Shown here in pieces: positions 11,538 through 22,470 of a stretch of DNA of 64,000 bases. The position numbers were made by a program, and so were the translations under genes. The notes below the pieces were generated by a model. That model worked only from the letters and a program-made list of their open reading frames with translations. It was not told the origin of the DNA and did not search any database. Position 1 is the first letter of the stretch; each line of letters opens with the position of its first letter. Source of the stretch: Bdellovibrionales bacterium (lineage in GTDB: Bacteria > Bdellovibrionota > Bdellovibrionia > Bdellovibrionales > JAGQZY01); the NCBI GenBank assembly GCA_031426555.1, contig JANPLN010000015.1, positions 1-64,000 on the forward strand, read 5' to 3'.

Positions 11538-14500
11538 AAGGACAATACTTCTCCAGGAATTCCAATTCCGCATAAACGTTTTGCCACGTGATGGCGTTCA
11601 TGCGGATTCGCAAGCGGCTGTCGGGCGTGAGGGTGTATTTTTTGTTGGGCAACTGAGTAAGCTCAATCACTTTTGTGGGCGGTAGTTTCGTCTGCTCGGT
11701 AAAAATTAAACTGATGGTACTGATGCCACTCGAAACATCGCGGATTCCTAATTTTTTACAGAGCAAACGAATCATCATAATACCCATCAAGTTAAACACT
11801 TCCTCGGGCGGTTGGCCAAACTGATCGCGGAGTGCGGCTTCAATCTGATCAATTTCGTCGATCGATGAAATGTTCGAGAGCGCTTTGTAGTAGGACAGGC
11901 GCAAACGGATGTCTGGCATGTACGAGTGCGGAATCAGAGCCTTCATCTTCAAATTGATTTCCGGTTCCACCGACTCTTCAATAGGCTGCCCCTTGGCTTC
12001 GTTGATGGCCATTTCTAAAAGATCCATGTACAGTTCATATCCTACGGCATCCACCGCGCCCGATTGCTCTTCGCCAAGGAGAGTGCCAGCTCCTCTTAGC
12101 TCCAGATCGTATTGGGCAATTTGAATCCCACTTCCCAGAGCCGAGTTCTGTTGTAAAATCCTTAAACGCTCTTTTGCAATATCATCAATGCCGCCGCTTC
12201 GCGGAATCAAAAGATAACAAAACGCTCGTTGTTTTCCGCGACCCACGCGACCGCGAAGTTGATAAAGCTGGCTCAAACCCAAAGCGTGGGCTTGATCCAC
12301 AAACATCGTGTTGGCGTTTGGAATATCCATTCCTGATTCGATAATCGTCGTGCACACCAACATGTCAATTTCGCGATTAAAAAATGCAACGATGGTTTTT
12401 TCGAGGGAATTTTCATCCATTTGGCCGTGGGCTACGGCCATGCGCACACCGGGCAGATTTGCCCTTAAGTCGTCGGAAAGCGCATAGATACTTTGCACCC
12501 GATTGTGTAAAAAGAAAATCTGTCCCCCACGCTTGATCTCGCTCATCACACTTTTTTTAATCACCGCCATATCAAATTTGGAAACAAACGTTCGTGTGGG
12601 CAGGCGATCGTGTGGAGGGGTGTTGATCAAGCTCAAGTCACGCAAGCCGAGGAGACTCATGTTGAGGGTGCGAGGAATTGGCGTCGCCGACATCGCAAGC
12701 GTGTCCACTGTGTTTTTTAGATAACGAATTTTTTCTTTGTGTTTAACGCCAAACTTTTGTTCTTCATCGATAATCAATAAACCCAGATTTGAAAATTGAA
12801 CGTCGTTACTCAGGAGTCGATGAGTGCCAATTAAAATATCAAGACGACCCTCTTTTAAGTCTTTAAGAGTTTTTTGAGCATCAGCATTGCTCACGAAGCG
12901 ATTGAGAACCGCAATTTGCAACGGCCAGCCAGCAAAACGTTTTTTAAACGTTTCCATATGTTGAAACGTTAATATCGTAGTAGGTGCTAAAATCGCCACC
13001 TGTTGCTTTTGCGAGGCGACAAGAAAAGCCGCTCGCATGGCAACTTCGGTTTTTCCAAAGCCCACATCACCGCAGATGAGTCGATCCATGGGGCGCTCGC
13101 GAGAAAAATCGCTTTTGATGTCGTCGAGAGCTTTCAGCTGATCCACGGTTTCTTCGTAGGGGAAGCTGTCCTCAAATTGTGCAAAATCCGCATTGTGTAT
13201 GTCGTACGTAGGTCGCGTGAGGGCCATTCGTTTTGCATACAGCTGTACAAGCTCGTTGGCCACTTCGCGGAGGCGCGTTTGCACTTTGGCTTTGGTTTTT
13301 TCCCACTGCTTGCCGCCAAGTTTATCAAGTAAAAAATTACTGCCAGCTCCAGCGTATTTGTGAACTTGGCTGAGGCGATAGATTGGCAAAAACAATTTGT
13401 CATTGTCTTTAAATTTTAATTCTAGAAATTCGGCCTCGATGCCACCGATGTTCATTACTTTTAATCCAAGATACAGCGCAACTCCGTGTTGGGTGTGAAC
13501 CACCGGATCACCTTCGCGCAGTTCAGAAAAACTCAAAGCTTCGGCTTTGCTAATCTCTGCCTTGATTTGCGTTTTGCGGGCTTCGGACTTTTTTAAATAA
13601 TGTTCAACACCAATAAACGCCAAGGCTTCACTCAGGGAATGAAAACTTGTGTCCAGCGGATGATTTAAAAAATGCACGATGTTTTTATTTTTGGCCTGTT
13701 GTTCCCGCATCACAGATAGCGGTGTGGGCTCGAGAACCCAATTTAATTGCAGAGAGTGTTCCTCGAAAGCAAGAGCCAAGCGCTTAAATTGCGTCTCCGA
13801 GGTGCCACATAAAAATACGTGGCCACGAGTGGCCTTGATTTCGGCGATTTTTTTTGCCAACAAATCAACGCGTTCTGGGTAGATGGTGGATTTTGCGGGC
13901 GTGATCGTGCGTGAGGGAAAATCAAAAACCGAATCGGTGCTATCTCCCATATCTAAAGTCTCTAAACTGAGAATTGGCGGCACAAGAGACTTATCGAAAA
14001 CTTCTTTTTTAGCGTAAATGCGGTCGGGCGCAGGAATATGGGTTGAGTACTGTTTGTACTCGTCCACAAGATGATTAAAGTCACTGATCAGCTGAGCATC
14101 CGACGCCAAGGCATCGGGCATCCAAGTGATTCGTTCCTTCGGCAGAAAATCCGCAGTAAGCGAAGGCTTTTCGTAAAAGTAAGAAAGTAGAAACTCAATG
14201 CCGTCAAAATAAGTTTGATTGCGAACCTGCGATTGCAAAGATGGAATATCGGCTTCGCTTTTTTGACCGTCGAGGGTTTTGCAGCAGCGAAGAATACTGT
14301 CGTCGGAGAAAAGAATTTCGTGGGCAGGGATCAAAGAGAACTCAGAGGTTTCGGAAACCGAAAGCTGTGTCTGCGGGGAAAACCATCTCAGAGATTCGAT
14401 GACGTCGCCAAACAATTCAATGCGTATCGGAAGTCTATGGGCTGGCGAAAAAAGATCTACGATTCCGCCACGCAAGGAAAAAGTACCGGGATCTTCCACG

Positions 14501-15012
14501 GCGGGCACAGCAAGGTAACCCAGGGATGACAACAAGCCGCCTAAGTTTTCTGGCAAAACATCGCCCTTTTTATAAAATTGAATGGCGTCTAAAAACTGCT
14601 CCTGGGGCAAAGTCATTTGCGCGAGGGCTTTGATGGGAGCCACTAAGACAGTTGCAGTGCGCGGAAGGGAGGCGAGATACAGCCAACGAAGACGTTGCTG
14701 CATTCCGGCACGAGAGCTGTAAAGGCCCGAGTAGGGCGAAATATCGTGGGGAGGTAAAACCGCAGTTTCGTACTTTTTTCCGCTCGAATAGTTAGAAAAA
14801 AAATCTAGATAATTTAGAAACTTATGAGCGCTGGTGAGATCCTTTGTTACAACCAAATGCTGTGCGGCATTCGCCGCGATAGACGATTGGCTGATTAAAA
14901 ATGCAGCAGAAAATAACTGATCAGCAGAAGTGATTCGGGCGTTCTTGAGTGCAAGAGCTTTGTGCAAATTTTGATCAAAATTCAAAAACGACATGCGCAG
15001 ATGATTTCTCAT
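11536..15012 (-). CDS. mfd: Transcription-repair coupling factor
   Basis: UvrB-like N-terminus, GDVGFGKTEV, DEEQKFG, SATPIPRT, QLRGRVGR, TRCF C-terminus; exact start uncertain. Confidence 0.98.
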   Translation of the reverse strand: MRNHLRMSFLNFDQNLHKALALKNARITSADQLFSAAFLISQSSIAANAAQHLVVTKDLTSAHKFLNYLDFFSNYSSGKKYETAVLPPHDISPYSGLYSSRAGMQQRLRWLYLASLPRTATVLVAPIKALAQMTLPQEQFLDAIQFYKKGDVLPENLGGLLSSLGYLAVPAVEDPGTFSLRGGIVDLFSPAHRLPIRIELFGDVIESLRWFSPQTQLSVSETSEFSLIPAHEILFSDDSILRCCKTLDGQKSEADIPSLQSQVRNQTYFDGIEFLLSYFYEKPSLTADFLPKERITWMPDALASDAQLISDFNHLVDEYKQYSTHIPAPDRIYAKKEVFDKSLVPPILSLETLDMGDSTDSVFDFPSRTITPAKSTIYPERVDLLAKKIAEIKATRGHVFLCGTSETQFKRLALAFEEHSLQLNWVLEPTPLSVMREQQAKNKNIVHFLNHPLDTSFHSLSEALAFIGVEHYLKKSEARKTQIKAEISKAEALSFSELREGDPVVHTQHGVALYLGLKVMNIGGIEAEFLELKFKDNDKLFLPIYRLSQVHKYAGAGSNFLLDKLGGKQWEKTKAKVQTRLREVANELVQLYAKRMALTRPTYDIHNADFAQFEDSFPYEETVDQLKALDDIKSDFSRERPMDRLICGDVGFGKTEVAMRAAFLVASQKQQVAILAPTTILTFQHMETFKKRFAGWPLQIAVLNRFVSNADAQKTLKDLKEGRLDILIGTHRLLSNDVQFSNLGLLIIDEEQKFGVKHKEKIRYLKNTVDTLAMSATPIPRTLNMSLLGLRDLSLINTPPHDRLPTRTFVSKFDMAVIKKSVMSEIKRGGQIFFLHNRVQSIYALSDDLRANLPGVRMAVAHGQMDENSLEKTIVAFFNREIDMLVCTTIIESGMDIPNANTMFVDQAHALGLSQLYQLRGRVGRGKQRAFCYLLIPRSGGIDDIAKERLRILQQNSALGSGIQIAQYDLELRGAGTLLGEEQSGAVDAVGYELYMDLLEMAINEAKGQPIEESVEPEINLKMKALIPHSYMPDIRLRLSYYKALSNISSIDEIDQIEAALRDQFGQPPEEVFNLMGIMMIRLLCKKLGIRDVSSGISTISLIFTEQTKLPPTKVIELTQLPNKKYTLTPDSRLRIRMNAITWQNVYAELEFLEKYCP

Positions 15013-15123
15013 AATAATCGCTAAAAAGATACAAAAAGAGCTCGAATTTTATAAAGACTTCAGATACTTACTTAGGAGACACAAAAATAAAAAACTAAGT
15101 CAAAACACAGCGGAGTGTGATTT

Positions 15124-15489
15124 ATGATTTTACCTATTCTCGTGCTGGCTCTGATGGTCGGAACTTTTGGGACGCTGCTGGTTTATGTGGCGTCGTTGTT
15201 GGGCCCTAAGAAGAAAAAAACAGTGGCCAAATATATGCCCTACGAATGCGGGCTACCGGGACAAGAAACAAAAAAAACCAACGTCTCCATCCGTTTTTAT
15301 TTAACCGCCATTTTATTTATCATGTTTGATATCGAAATTTTATTTCTGTATCCGTGGGCCGTTGCCTACCGCGACTTTGTCGATGCTGGCCAAGGCGCTT
15401 TCATGTTTTGGGAGCTGTTTGTTTTTATTGGTCTGTTTGTTTTTGGGTTGCTGTGGGAGATAAAAGCGAAAGCGCTGGATTGGGAATAG
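15124..15489 (+). CDS. nuoA: NADH-quinone oxidoreductase subunit A
   Basis: YECG, FYL.AILF..FD.E, ALDWE. Confidence 0.96.
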   Translation: MILPILVLALMVGTFGTLLVYVASLLGPKKKKTVAKYMPYECGLPGQETKKTNVSIRFYLTAILFIMFDIEILFLYPWAVAYRDFVDAGQGAFMFWELFVFIGLFVFGLLWEIKAKALDWE

Positions 15490-15492
15490 ACT

Positions 15493-16650
15493 ATGGGATC
15501 AGATGTTTTTGAAATTACGGTGAATGTTATAAAAATGCTGATCATCTTTTTGTTGATGGTACAGCTCGTGCCCATATTGGTATGGGTGGAACGCAGAGGT
15601 TCGGCATTTATTCAAAATCGTTTTGGACCAAATCGTGTGGGGCCCCTTGGTCTTACGCAATTGTTGGCGGACGCGGTGAAGTTTTTATTTAAAGAAGAAT
15701 TTGTACCACCTAAAAGCCACGCGCTACTCTATTACGCGGCTCCGGTTTTAGCTTTAATACCGGGAGCCATTGCGTTTGGTGGAATTCCTCTTTCCATGCC
15801 GATTGATATCCAGCCCTTTCAAATGTTTGGTTCTGAATGGGGGCCTTACACTTTTAAATTTCAAAGCTACGATCTCGACATTGGAATTCTTTTTATCCTC
15901 GCGATTTCGTCCTTAGGGGCGTACGCACTTTTACTCGCAGGCTGGGGATCGAATAATAAATATTCATTGTTTGGCGCTCTACGAGCCAGTGCCCAGATGA
16001 TTAGTTACGAATTGGCCATGGGCTTATCGCTTGTGGGAATGTTGATGCTGTATCAAACACTTAATTTTTCCAACATGGTTGAATTGCAAAAAGGTCCTTT
16101 GCATTTTATGTTTTTTGGCAAAGAAATCTTGATTCCGTTTTTGCCAAATTGGGGAATTTTTTACCAACCCCTGGGATTTATTTTATTTGCAACAGCGGCC
16201 TTTGCTGAAACCAATCGGTTACCGTTTGATTTGCCGGAGGCCGAAGGTGAATTGGTGGCCGGATACCACACCGAGTATGGCGGACTTAAAATGCTACTGT
16301 TTTACATCGGTGAATACGGACACATGATGGTGGCCTCCGCAGTGATGGTGACGTTTTACTTCGGCGGCTACGAATTGCCATTTTCTTTGTCGGACTCTTT
16401 AACCGGTGCTGTTCGCGGCGCCTTTAGCTCGGTCAATCTTGGCAATGTGATGGCGGCGCTAGTGATACACGTTGTGATGCTGCTGAAGATTTTGTTTTTC
16501 CTTTGGGTTTTTATTTGGGTGCGTTGGACATTGCCACGATTTCGTTACGATCAACTGATGGATTTGGGATGGAAAACAATGCTTCCTTGGTCCTTAGCAA
16601 ATGTTCTCGCAACAGCGTATCTCATATTAATGGCAGGAAGTGCGGTGTAA
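15493..16650 (+). CDS. nuoH: NADH-quinone oxidoreductase subunit H
   Basis: ERR...Q.R.GPNRVG, AETNRLPFDLPEAE.ELVAGY, PRFRYDQLM. Confidence 0.98.
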   Translation: MGSDVFEITVNVIKMLIIFLLMVQLVPILVWVERRGSAFIQNRFGPNRVGPLGLTQLLADAVKFLFKEEFVPPKSHALLYYAAPVLALIPGAIAFGGIPLSMPIDIQPFQMFGSEWGPYTFKFQSYDLDIGILFILAISSLGAYALLLAGWGSNNKYSLFGALRASAQMISYELAMGLSLVGMLMLYQTLNFSNMVELQKGPLHFMFFGKEILIPFLPNWGIFYQPLGFILFATAAFAETNRLPFDLPEAEGELVAGYHTEYGGLKMLLFYIGEYGHMMVASAVMVTFYFGGYELPFSLSDSLTGAVRGAFSSVNLGNVMAALVIHVVMLLKILFFLWVFIWVRWTLPRFRYDQLMDLGWKTMLPWSLANVLATAYLILMAGSAV

Positions 16651-16651
16651 A

Positions 16652-17164
16652 ATGGCAGAGATTGTTTTGTTTTACCTTTTAGCAGCAGCAACGGTTGCGG
16701 CAGCGGTGGGAGTCGTGATGCACGAAAATCCCCTTCTTTGCGCGCTCCACTTAGTGCTTTCAATGTTGGGAGTTGCCGGTTTGTTTTTTCTTTTACAGGC
16801 TCCCTTCGTTGGCGCTGTGCAGATCATGGTTTACGCAGGAGCAGTCATGGTGTTGTTTGTTTTGGTTTTGATGTTAATCGACACCAACCAGGACGATGAA
16901 AAATTTAGTGGTGGAAATATTTCTGCACTTACCAAAGGTTTGTCGGTTGGTGTGCTTTCGGGTCTATTAACTTCGATCATTCTTCGGACTCCGCAGTCAC
17001 TTCAGCGGAGCGTGACCTATGAGGCTTACGAAGTGATAGATATCGCAAAGCTATTATTTACAAAATATGTGCTGGCCTTTGAACTCCTGGGCGTTTTGCT
17101 CTTGGTGATTCCGGTTGGAGTTGTGGCACTTTCACGAATTCGCGGAGGGACCCATGACCGTTAA
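16652..17164 (+). CDS. nuoJ: NADH-quinone oxidoreductase subunit J
   Basis: QIMVYAGAVMVL, FELLGVLLL. Confidence 0.95.
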   Translation: MAEIVLFYLLAAATVAAAVGVVMHENPLLCALHLVLSMLGVAGLFFLLQAPFVGAVQIMVYAGAVMVLFVLVLMLIDTNQDDEKFSGGNISALTKGLSVGVLSGLLTSIILRTPQSLQRSVTYEAYEVIDIAKLLFTKYVLAFELLGVLLLVIPVGVVALSRIRGGTHDR

Positions 17165-17471
17165 TATGATGATCGGACCAGAACACTATCTTATTGTTTC
17201 TGCTATCTTGTTTTGTTTAGGACTTTCGGGAATTTTACTGCGCAGAAATATGATTGTTATGTTGATGTCCATTGAGCTTATGCTCAACGCCGTCAACCTC
17301 ACCTTCGTGACCTTTTCGCACTTTAATCAAAACCTCGACGGGCAAGTCATTGTGTTGTTTGTCATGGCCATCGCCGCGGCCGAAGCGGGTGTTGGGCTGG
17401 CTTTAGCTGTTATGCTGTTTAAGAAATTCAAAGAACTCAACATTAGCTTTTTTGAGCATTTGCGCGGATAG
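17154..17471 (+). CDS. nuoK: NADH-quinone oxidoreductase subunit K
   Basis: RRN...MSIELMLNA, AAAEAGVGLA; GGAGG SD before ATG 17154. Confidence 0.96.
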   Translation: MTVNMMIGPEHYLIVSAILFCLGLSGILLRRNMIVMLMSIELMLNAVNLTFVTFSHFNQNLDGQVIVLFVMAIAAAEAGVGLALAVMLFKKFKELNISFFEHLRG

Positions 17472-17480
17472 GTATAAATT

Positions 17481-19412
17481 ATGTCCAATCATGTTTTACT
17501 CGCACTTTTATTGTTATCGCCGGTTATCGGTTTTTTAATCAATGGACTACGCTTTCGCAGTCAAAATGGAATGCTCGCTGGCACCATTGCCACGGTGGCG
17601 GTGGCCACTTCTTTTGCAGCTGCGTTGATGTTTTTTTTCCAGCTCGTGGGTCTACCGGCAGATCAGCGAAGCCTGCGCATTGAGTACTTTACGTGGTTAG
17701 CCTTGGGCGGTTTGGATATTCCGGTCGCTTTTGTTGTGGATCAGCTTTCGATTCTGATGGTGCTGATTATTACAGGTGTTGGTTCATTGATTCATTTGTT
17801 CAGCGTAGGTTACATGTCCCACGATGAGCGTCCGGCAAAATATTTTAGTTATTTAAATCTCTTCGTTTTCAACATGCTCCTCCTGGTTCTCGGAGCGAAC
17901 CTCGTCCTTATGTTTGTAGGCTGGGAAGGTGTTGGACTGTGTTCGTATCTTCTCATTGGGTTTTGGTTCACTGACAAGGCAAAAGCTGCGGCCGGCATGA
18001 AAGCGTTTGTGACCAATCGAATTGGCGACGCAGGATTTTTGCTCGGAATCTTTATGCTTTTTGTCACCTTTGGAAGCATTGATTTTGCGCAAATAATTTC
18101 GGCTCTGCCGGAGACGGCGGAAACAACGTGGACTACCTCCATGTGTCTCGCGTGCTTGTTTCTGTTTGTGGGAGCGGCCGGTAAATCCGCGCAGATTCCA
18201 CTGTATGTTTGGCTTCCTGATGCGATGGCGGGTCCAACGCCGGTTTCGGCGCTGATTCACGCGGCCACCATGGTCACAGCGGGTGTCTATATGATCATTC
18301 GTTTGAATCCTTTATTTCTTCTTGCACCAAATGCGATGACCGTTGTGGCCGCTGTCGGAGCAGCAACAGCCTTGTTTGCGGCGACCATGGGGATTGCTCA
18401 GAACGATATTAAAAAGGTACTGGCCTATTCAACTGTATCACAATTGGGATTTATGTTTTTAGCCGTTGGAGTGGGCGCTTTTGGTGCGGGCTTCTTTCAT
18501 TTAATGACCCACGCATTTTTTAAAGCGCTTATGTTTTTAGGCTCGGGCAGCGTGATCCACGCCATGCACGAAGAGCAAGACATGCGTAAAATGGGCGGGC
18601 TCAAAAAATACTTACCAATCACCCATTGGACGTTTGTTTGTGGATGGCTTGCCATCATTGGCGCGCCCTTCTTTTCGGGTTTTTTTAGTAAGGATGAAAT
18701 TTTATGGATGGCCTTCCACAGTCCTCAGGGCAGTCCAATGCTATGGTTAGTGGCCGTTGTCGCTGCGATTTGTACGGCGTTCTACATGACCCGTTTAATG
18801 GCCATGACTTTTTGGGGCGGCTCACGAGTTCCCAAAGAGACCCATCCCCACGAAGCGCCACTCACCATGACGATTCCCCTGATCGTACTCGCAGTACTAT
18901 CGGTTTTTGCCGGCTGGCTCGGAGTGCCCCACGGTCTTTCAACATTTTTACCGGGTCACCCATCAAACATTTTAGAGCATTGGCTAGAGCCGGTGATTCG
19001 TCCTATTCCGGGGCTCCAGCACGGCTCCATTGGTCTCGAAATGACTTTGATGGTGGTCACTGTGCTGCTTGCTTCGATTTCTGCTTTTATCGCCTTCTAC
19101 ATGTACGCGCTAAAACCAAACATTCCAGTGACTCTTGCTAATAAATTGCGGCCCTTGCACAACCTCGTTGCAAACAAATATTATATTGATGAGTTTTATC
19201 AACTTGCGTTCATACAGCCGCTGATTCAATTTTCGCGCGCTCTGTGGACTAAGGCGGATATAGGATTCATTGATCGATCAACATATAAACTGACCGATTT
19301 TATCAAAAGCGCGGGTGAAGGTTTGCGATCCCTACAAACGGGTCAACTTCAGTCCTACACTTTGATGATCGTTGTTGGCGTGGTGGCGACCCTATTACTC
19401 CTGATGGTGTGA
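17481..19412 (+). CDS. nuoL: NADH-quinone oxidoreductase subunit L
   Basis: GWEGVGLCSYLLIGFW, GKSAQ.PL..WLPDAMAGPTPVSALIHAATMV. Confidence 0.98.
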   Translation: MSNHVLLALLLLSPVIGFLINGLRFRSQNGMLAGTIATVAVATSFAAALMFFFQLVGLPADQRSLRIEYFTWLALGGLDIPVAFVVDQLSILMVLIITGVGSLIHLFSVGYMSHDERPAKYFSYLNLFVFNMLLLVLGANLVLMFVGWEGVGLCSYLLIGFWFTDKAKAAAGMKAFVTNRIGDAGFLLGIFMLFVTFGSIDFAQIISALPETAETTWTTSMCLACLFLFVGAAGKSAQIPLYVWLPDAMAGPTPVSALIHAATMVTAGVYMIIRLNPLFLLAPNAMTVVAAVGAATALFAATMGIAQNDIKKVLAYSTVSQLGFMFLAVGVGAFGAGFFHLMTHAFFKALMFLGSGSVIHAMHEEQDMRKMGGLKKYLPITHWTFVCGWLAIIGAPFFSGFFSKDEILWMAFHSPQGSPMLWLVAVVAAICTAFYMTRLMAMTFWGGSRVPKETHPHEAPLTMTIPLIVLAVLSVFAGWLGVPHGLSTFLPGHPSNILEHWLEPVIRPIPGLQHGSIGLEMTLMVVTVLLASISAFIAFYMYALKPNIPVTLANKLRPLHNLVANKYYIDEFYQLAFIQPLIQFSRALWTKADIGFIDRSTYKLTDFIKSAGEGLRSLQTGQLQSYTLMIVVGVVATLLLLMV

Positions 19413-19419
19413 GGAAGAA

Positions 19420-20967
19420 ATGTTTTTATCTAGTTTGATTTTATTACCTCTTGTCGTGGCCTTGGTGCTGCTCTTTATCAACGACGAAAAAATCGTTCGT
19501 TGGGTGTCGCTGGCCAGTGCAGTCGCCCTTTTTGTAGAAAGTCTTTTTTTATTAAAGCTTTTTGATAAAAGCAGCCCGGATTTACAACTTGTTGAGTACG
19601 CCAACTGGCTGCCTGACTATGGGATCGCTTACTATTTGGGAGTGGATGGCTGGTCGTTGTTGCTCGTTGTGCTGACAACACTTCTTACCCCACTTGTTAT
19701 CGGGGCGAGCTGGAATGCCATTGATCAAAAGGTCAAAGGTTATCATATAGCTCTGTTTGTTCTTCAGTCGGCAGTGTTGGGCTCGTTCCTCTCTCTCGAC
19801 AGTATTTTATTTTATCTTTTCTTCGAGCTCTCTCTGGTTCCGATGTATTTTATGATTGGTATTTGGGGTGGCGAAAATCGCATTTATGCCACTTACAAAT
19901 TTTTTATTTACACCATGGCCGGCTCGGTTTTTATGTTGGCGGCTATTATTTATCTCATTCTTCAGTGTCGCGTGCAGCTTGGTTATTATAGTGCGAGCAT
20001 CATGGATTTTTATCAGCTGTCCATTCCATTTGTTGAGGGCGACTTTTTTACTCCACAAACACTATTGTTCTTTGCCTTCGCCGGTGCCTTTGCCATTAAG
20101 GTTCCCGTATTTCCTCTGCACACGTGGTTGCCAGATGCTCACGTTCAGGCGCCGACGGCAGGATCGGTGATTCTTGCTGGTGTCATGTTAAAGATGGGAA
20201 CTTACGGCTTTGTGCGCTTTGTACTTCCTCTGTTTCCCGAAGCGGCGGCTTATTGGGGATTTTTATTCATCGCAGTGGGAGTCATTGGAATTATATACGG
20301 CGCCCTCGTGGCTATGGTTCAAGTGGATATCAAAAAGCTCGTGGCTTACTCTTCGGTGTCGCACATGGGTTATGTGATTTTGGGTCTTTTTGTTTTGAAC
20401 ACCTACGGACTCACGGGTGGACTGTACCAAATGCTCGCACACGGTGTGAGCACCGGTGGATTGTTTTTGCTGGTGGGGATGATTTACGAGCGCACACACA
20501 CTCGTGAAATTGCAAAGTACGGCGGACTCGCAACGGCCATGCCGATTTATGCCATCTTCTTTTTGATTATTACTTTTTCAAGTATCGCCGTTCCCATGAC
20601 GAACGGTTTTGTCGGCGAATTTTTAGTCCTTATTGGAACTTTCAGTTACAACAAGTGGATTGCCTCTTTGGCAGTTTTAGGGGTTATCCTGGGCGCGGCT
20701 TACATGTTGTGGATGGTGAAAAAAGTTTTCTTCGGCGAAAAAGGCGAGACCGTTCTTAAACATCCCGAAATGCAGGATCTCAATTTGCGCGAGGGATTGG
20801 TTTTAACACCAATCGTAGTTCTCATTTTCTGGATGGGCATTTTCCCTCAACATTTTTTGAGTTACAGCGACGCTTCCATTCGACATTTTATTGAGAACAA
20901 GAGTAATTATCAGTTGAACATCTACGGCTCAGAAGCTGCGGTGGAATCAGCAGAGACGAGAGAGTAA
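19420..20967 (+). CDS. nuoM: NADH-quinone oxidoreductase subunit M
   Basis: KVP.FPLHTWLPDAHVQAPT.GS..LAG..LKMG, AYSSVSHMG. Confidence 0.98.
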   Translation: MFLSSLILLPLVVALVLLFINDEKIVRWVSLASAVALFVESLFLLKLFDKSSPDLQLVEYANWLPDYGIAYYLGVDGWSLLLVVLTTLLTPLVIGASWNAIDQKVKGYHIALFVLQSAVLGSFLSLDSILFYLFFELSLVPMYFMIGIWGGENRIYATYKFFIYTMAGSVFMLAAIIYLILQCRVQLGYYSASIMDFYQLSIPFVEGDFFTPQTLLFFAFAGAFAIKVPVFPLHTWLPDAHVQAPTAGSVILAGVMLKMGTYGFVRFVLPLFPEAAAYWGFLFIAVGVIGIIYGALVAMVQVDIKKLVAYSSVSHMGYVILGLFVLNTYGLTGGLYQMLAHGVSTGGLFLLVGMIYERTHTREIAKYGGLATAMPIYAIFFLIITFSSIAVPMTNGFVGEFLVLIGTFSYNKWIASLAVLGVILGAAYMLWMVKKVFFGEKGETVLKHPEMQDLNLREGLVLTPIVVLIFWMGIFPQHFLSYSDASIRHFIENKSNYQLNIYGSEAAVESAETRE

Positions 20968-20969
20968 CC

Positions 20970-22460
20970 ATGTTAAATACGTTTAACCCCGCAGATCTCA
21001 TTGTCATCAGCCCCCTCGTGGTTCTCTTTCTAGCCAGCCTTGTGCCCATCTCGGTAAAAGCCTTTCGCGGTCGAGAGATGAATCCCTTTGTGTCTTTAGT
21101 ATGGTCCATTGTTGGCGTTGTTGCCGCGGCAGGATTAAATATTTCGTTAGTGAGTGGATATTGGAAGCTGTCTAACATGAATTTTCTAACGGCCTTCTCA
21201 AACGGTTTGATTGTTGATGGCATCTCTGTTTGGAGTGCCTATGTGCTCTATGTGGTTGCTGGCTTTGTATTGATGCAACTTTATGAAAACAGCTCTACTA
21301 GAGATTATCAGTTTTCGGAGCACATTTTTTTGGTTCTGAACTCGGTTGTCGGGATGATCTTAGTGACGATGGCAAATAACCTACTCATTACATTTATTGC
21401 CATCGAGCTGATGTCCTTATCCATTTATCTTTTGATCGCCTTGAGTAAAGAACAGGTTCTTTCTAAAGAGGCCTCTTTTAAATATTTCGTACTTGGTGCG
21501 GTTGGCTCCGCCATCTTTTTGTACGGTGTGGCTTTTGTTTTTGGAACAACGGGATCCACAGTTCTTCAGGAAATCGGGGCTCGAAGTGGAGAGCTGCTTG
21601 TTACGAATCGCCTTTTCTTAGTGGGTATGGGGCTGCTTGTGGCGGGAATGGGTTTTAAAGTTTCGCTCATTCCCTTTCATGGTTGGGCCCCCGATGTTTA
21701 CCAAGGGAGCGCAACACCTGTGACAACATTGATGGCAACGGGCGTGAAGCTTGCAAGTTTCATCGCTTTTTTGCGACTTTTTCTCTACACAGAGGCCGTT
21801 GAAAAATCGAATCTTGTTTTCGTACTACAGTGGCTCGCGGTGGTTACAATGATTGGCGGAAGTGTTGCAGCTCTTCGCCAGGAAAACATCAAACGTATGT
21901 TGGCTTATTCGAGCATTGCCCACTCGGGCTATGCCCTTATGGGTTTGATCTCGGCCAGTTTTGGCGCGTCTTCAGAAGAAGGCACAACCAGTATGCTATT
22001 TTATCTTTTGACTTACGTACTGATGACCATCGGCTCACTCTCCATCGTATCGTCGTTAGAAAGCAAAGCCGATAGTATTCTTTTGATAGATGATATTAAA
22101 GGGTTGGCGAAACGTGCGCCACTAACTGCGTTTTCACTTTCTGTTTTACTACTCAGTCTGGCAGGTCTTCCTCCGACATTGGGATTTTTTGGTAAGTTTT
22201 ATTTAATCGCCGCCACCATGAACCAAGGTTATTTTTGGTTGGGTGTGATGGCCATGGTTGCTTCGGCCATGGGTGTTTATTTTTACCTGCGCCCCATTGT
22301 GACAATGTATATGTATGACGGGGGAACGCTGCGCCCATCGAAACAAGCCTATCTCACACAGTCGGTTTCGTTAGTGATGGCGGTCGTGATGATTCTGTTT
22401 GGGATCTTTTCCTACCCACTCTATTCATTTGTAAAAAACGCTGTTTTTTATTCTTTATAG
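20970..22460 (+). CDS. nuoN: NADH-quinone oxidoreductase subunit N
   Basis: EAS.KYF.LG, FK....PFH.WAPDVYQG, KRMLAYSSIAH.GY. Confidence 0.97.
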   Translation: MLNTFNPADLIVISPLVVLFLASLVPISVKAFRGREMNPFVSLVWSIVGVVAAAGLNISLVSGYWKLSNMNFLTAFSNGLIVDGISVWSAYVLYVVAGFVLMQLYENSSTRDYQFSEHIFLVLNSVVGMILVTMANNLLITFIAIELMSLSIYLLIALSKEQVLSKEASFKYFVLGAVGSAIFLYGVAFVFGTTGSTVLQEIGARSGELLVTNRLFLVGMGLLVAGMGFKVSLIPFHGWAPDVYQGSATPVTTLMATGVKLASFIAFLRLFLYTEAVEKSNLVFVLQWLAVVTMIGGSVAALRQENIKRMLAYSSIAHSGYALMGLISASFGASSEEGTTSMLFYLLTYVLMTIGSLSIVSSLESKADSILLIDDIKGLAKRAPLTAFSLSVLLLSLAGLPPTLGFFGKFYLIAATMNQGYFWLGVMAMVASAMGVYFYLRPIVTMYMYDGGTLRPSKQAYLTQSVSLVMAVVMILFGIFSYPLYSFVKNAVFYSL

Positions 22461-22470
22461 AGGGGAAGTG

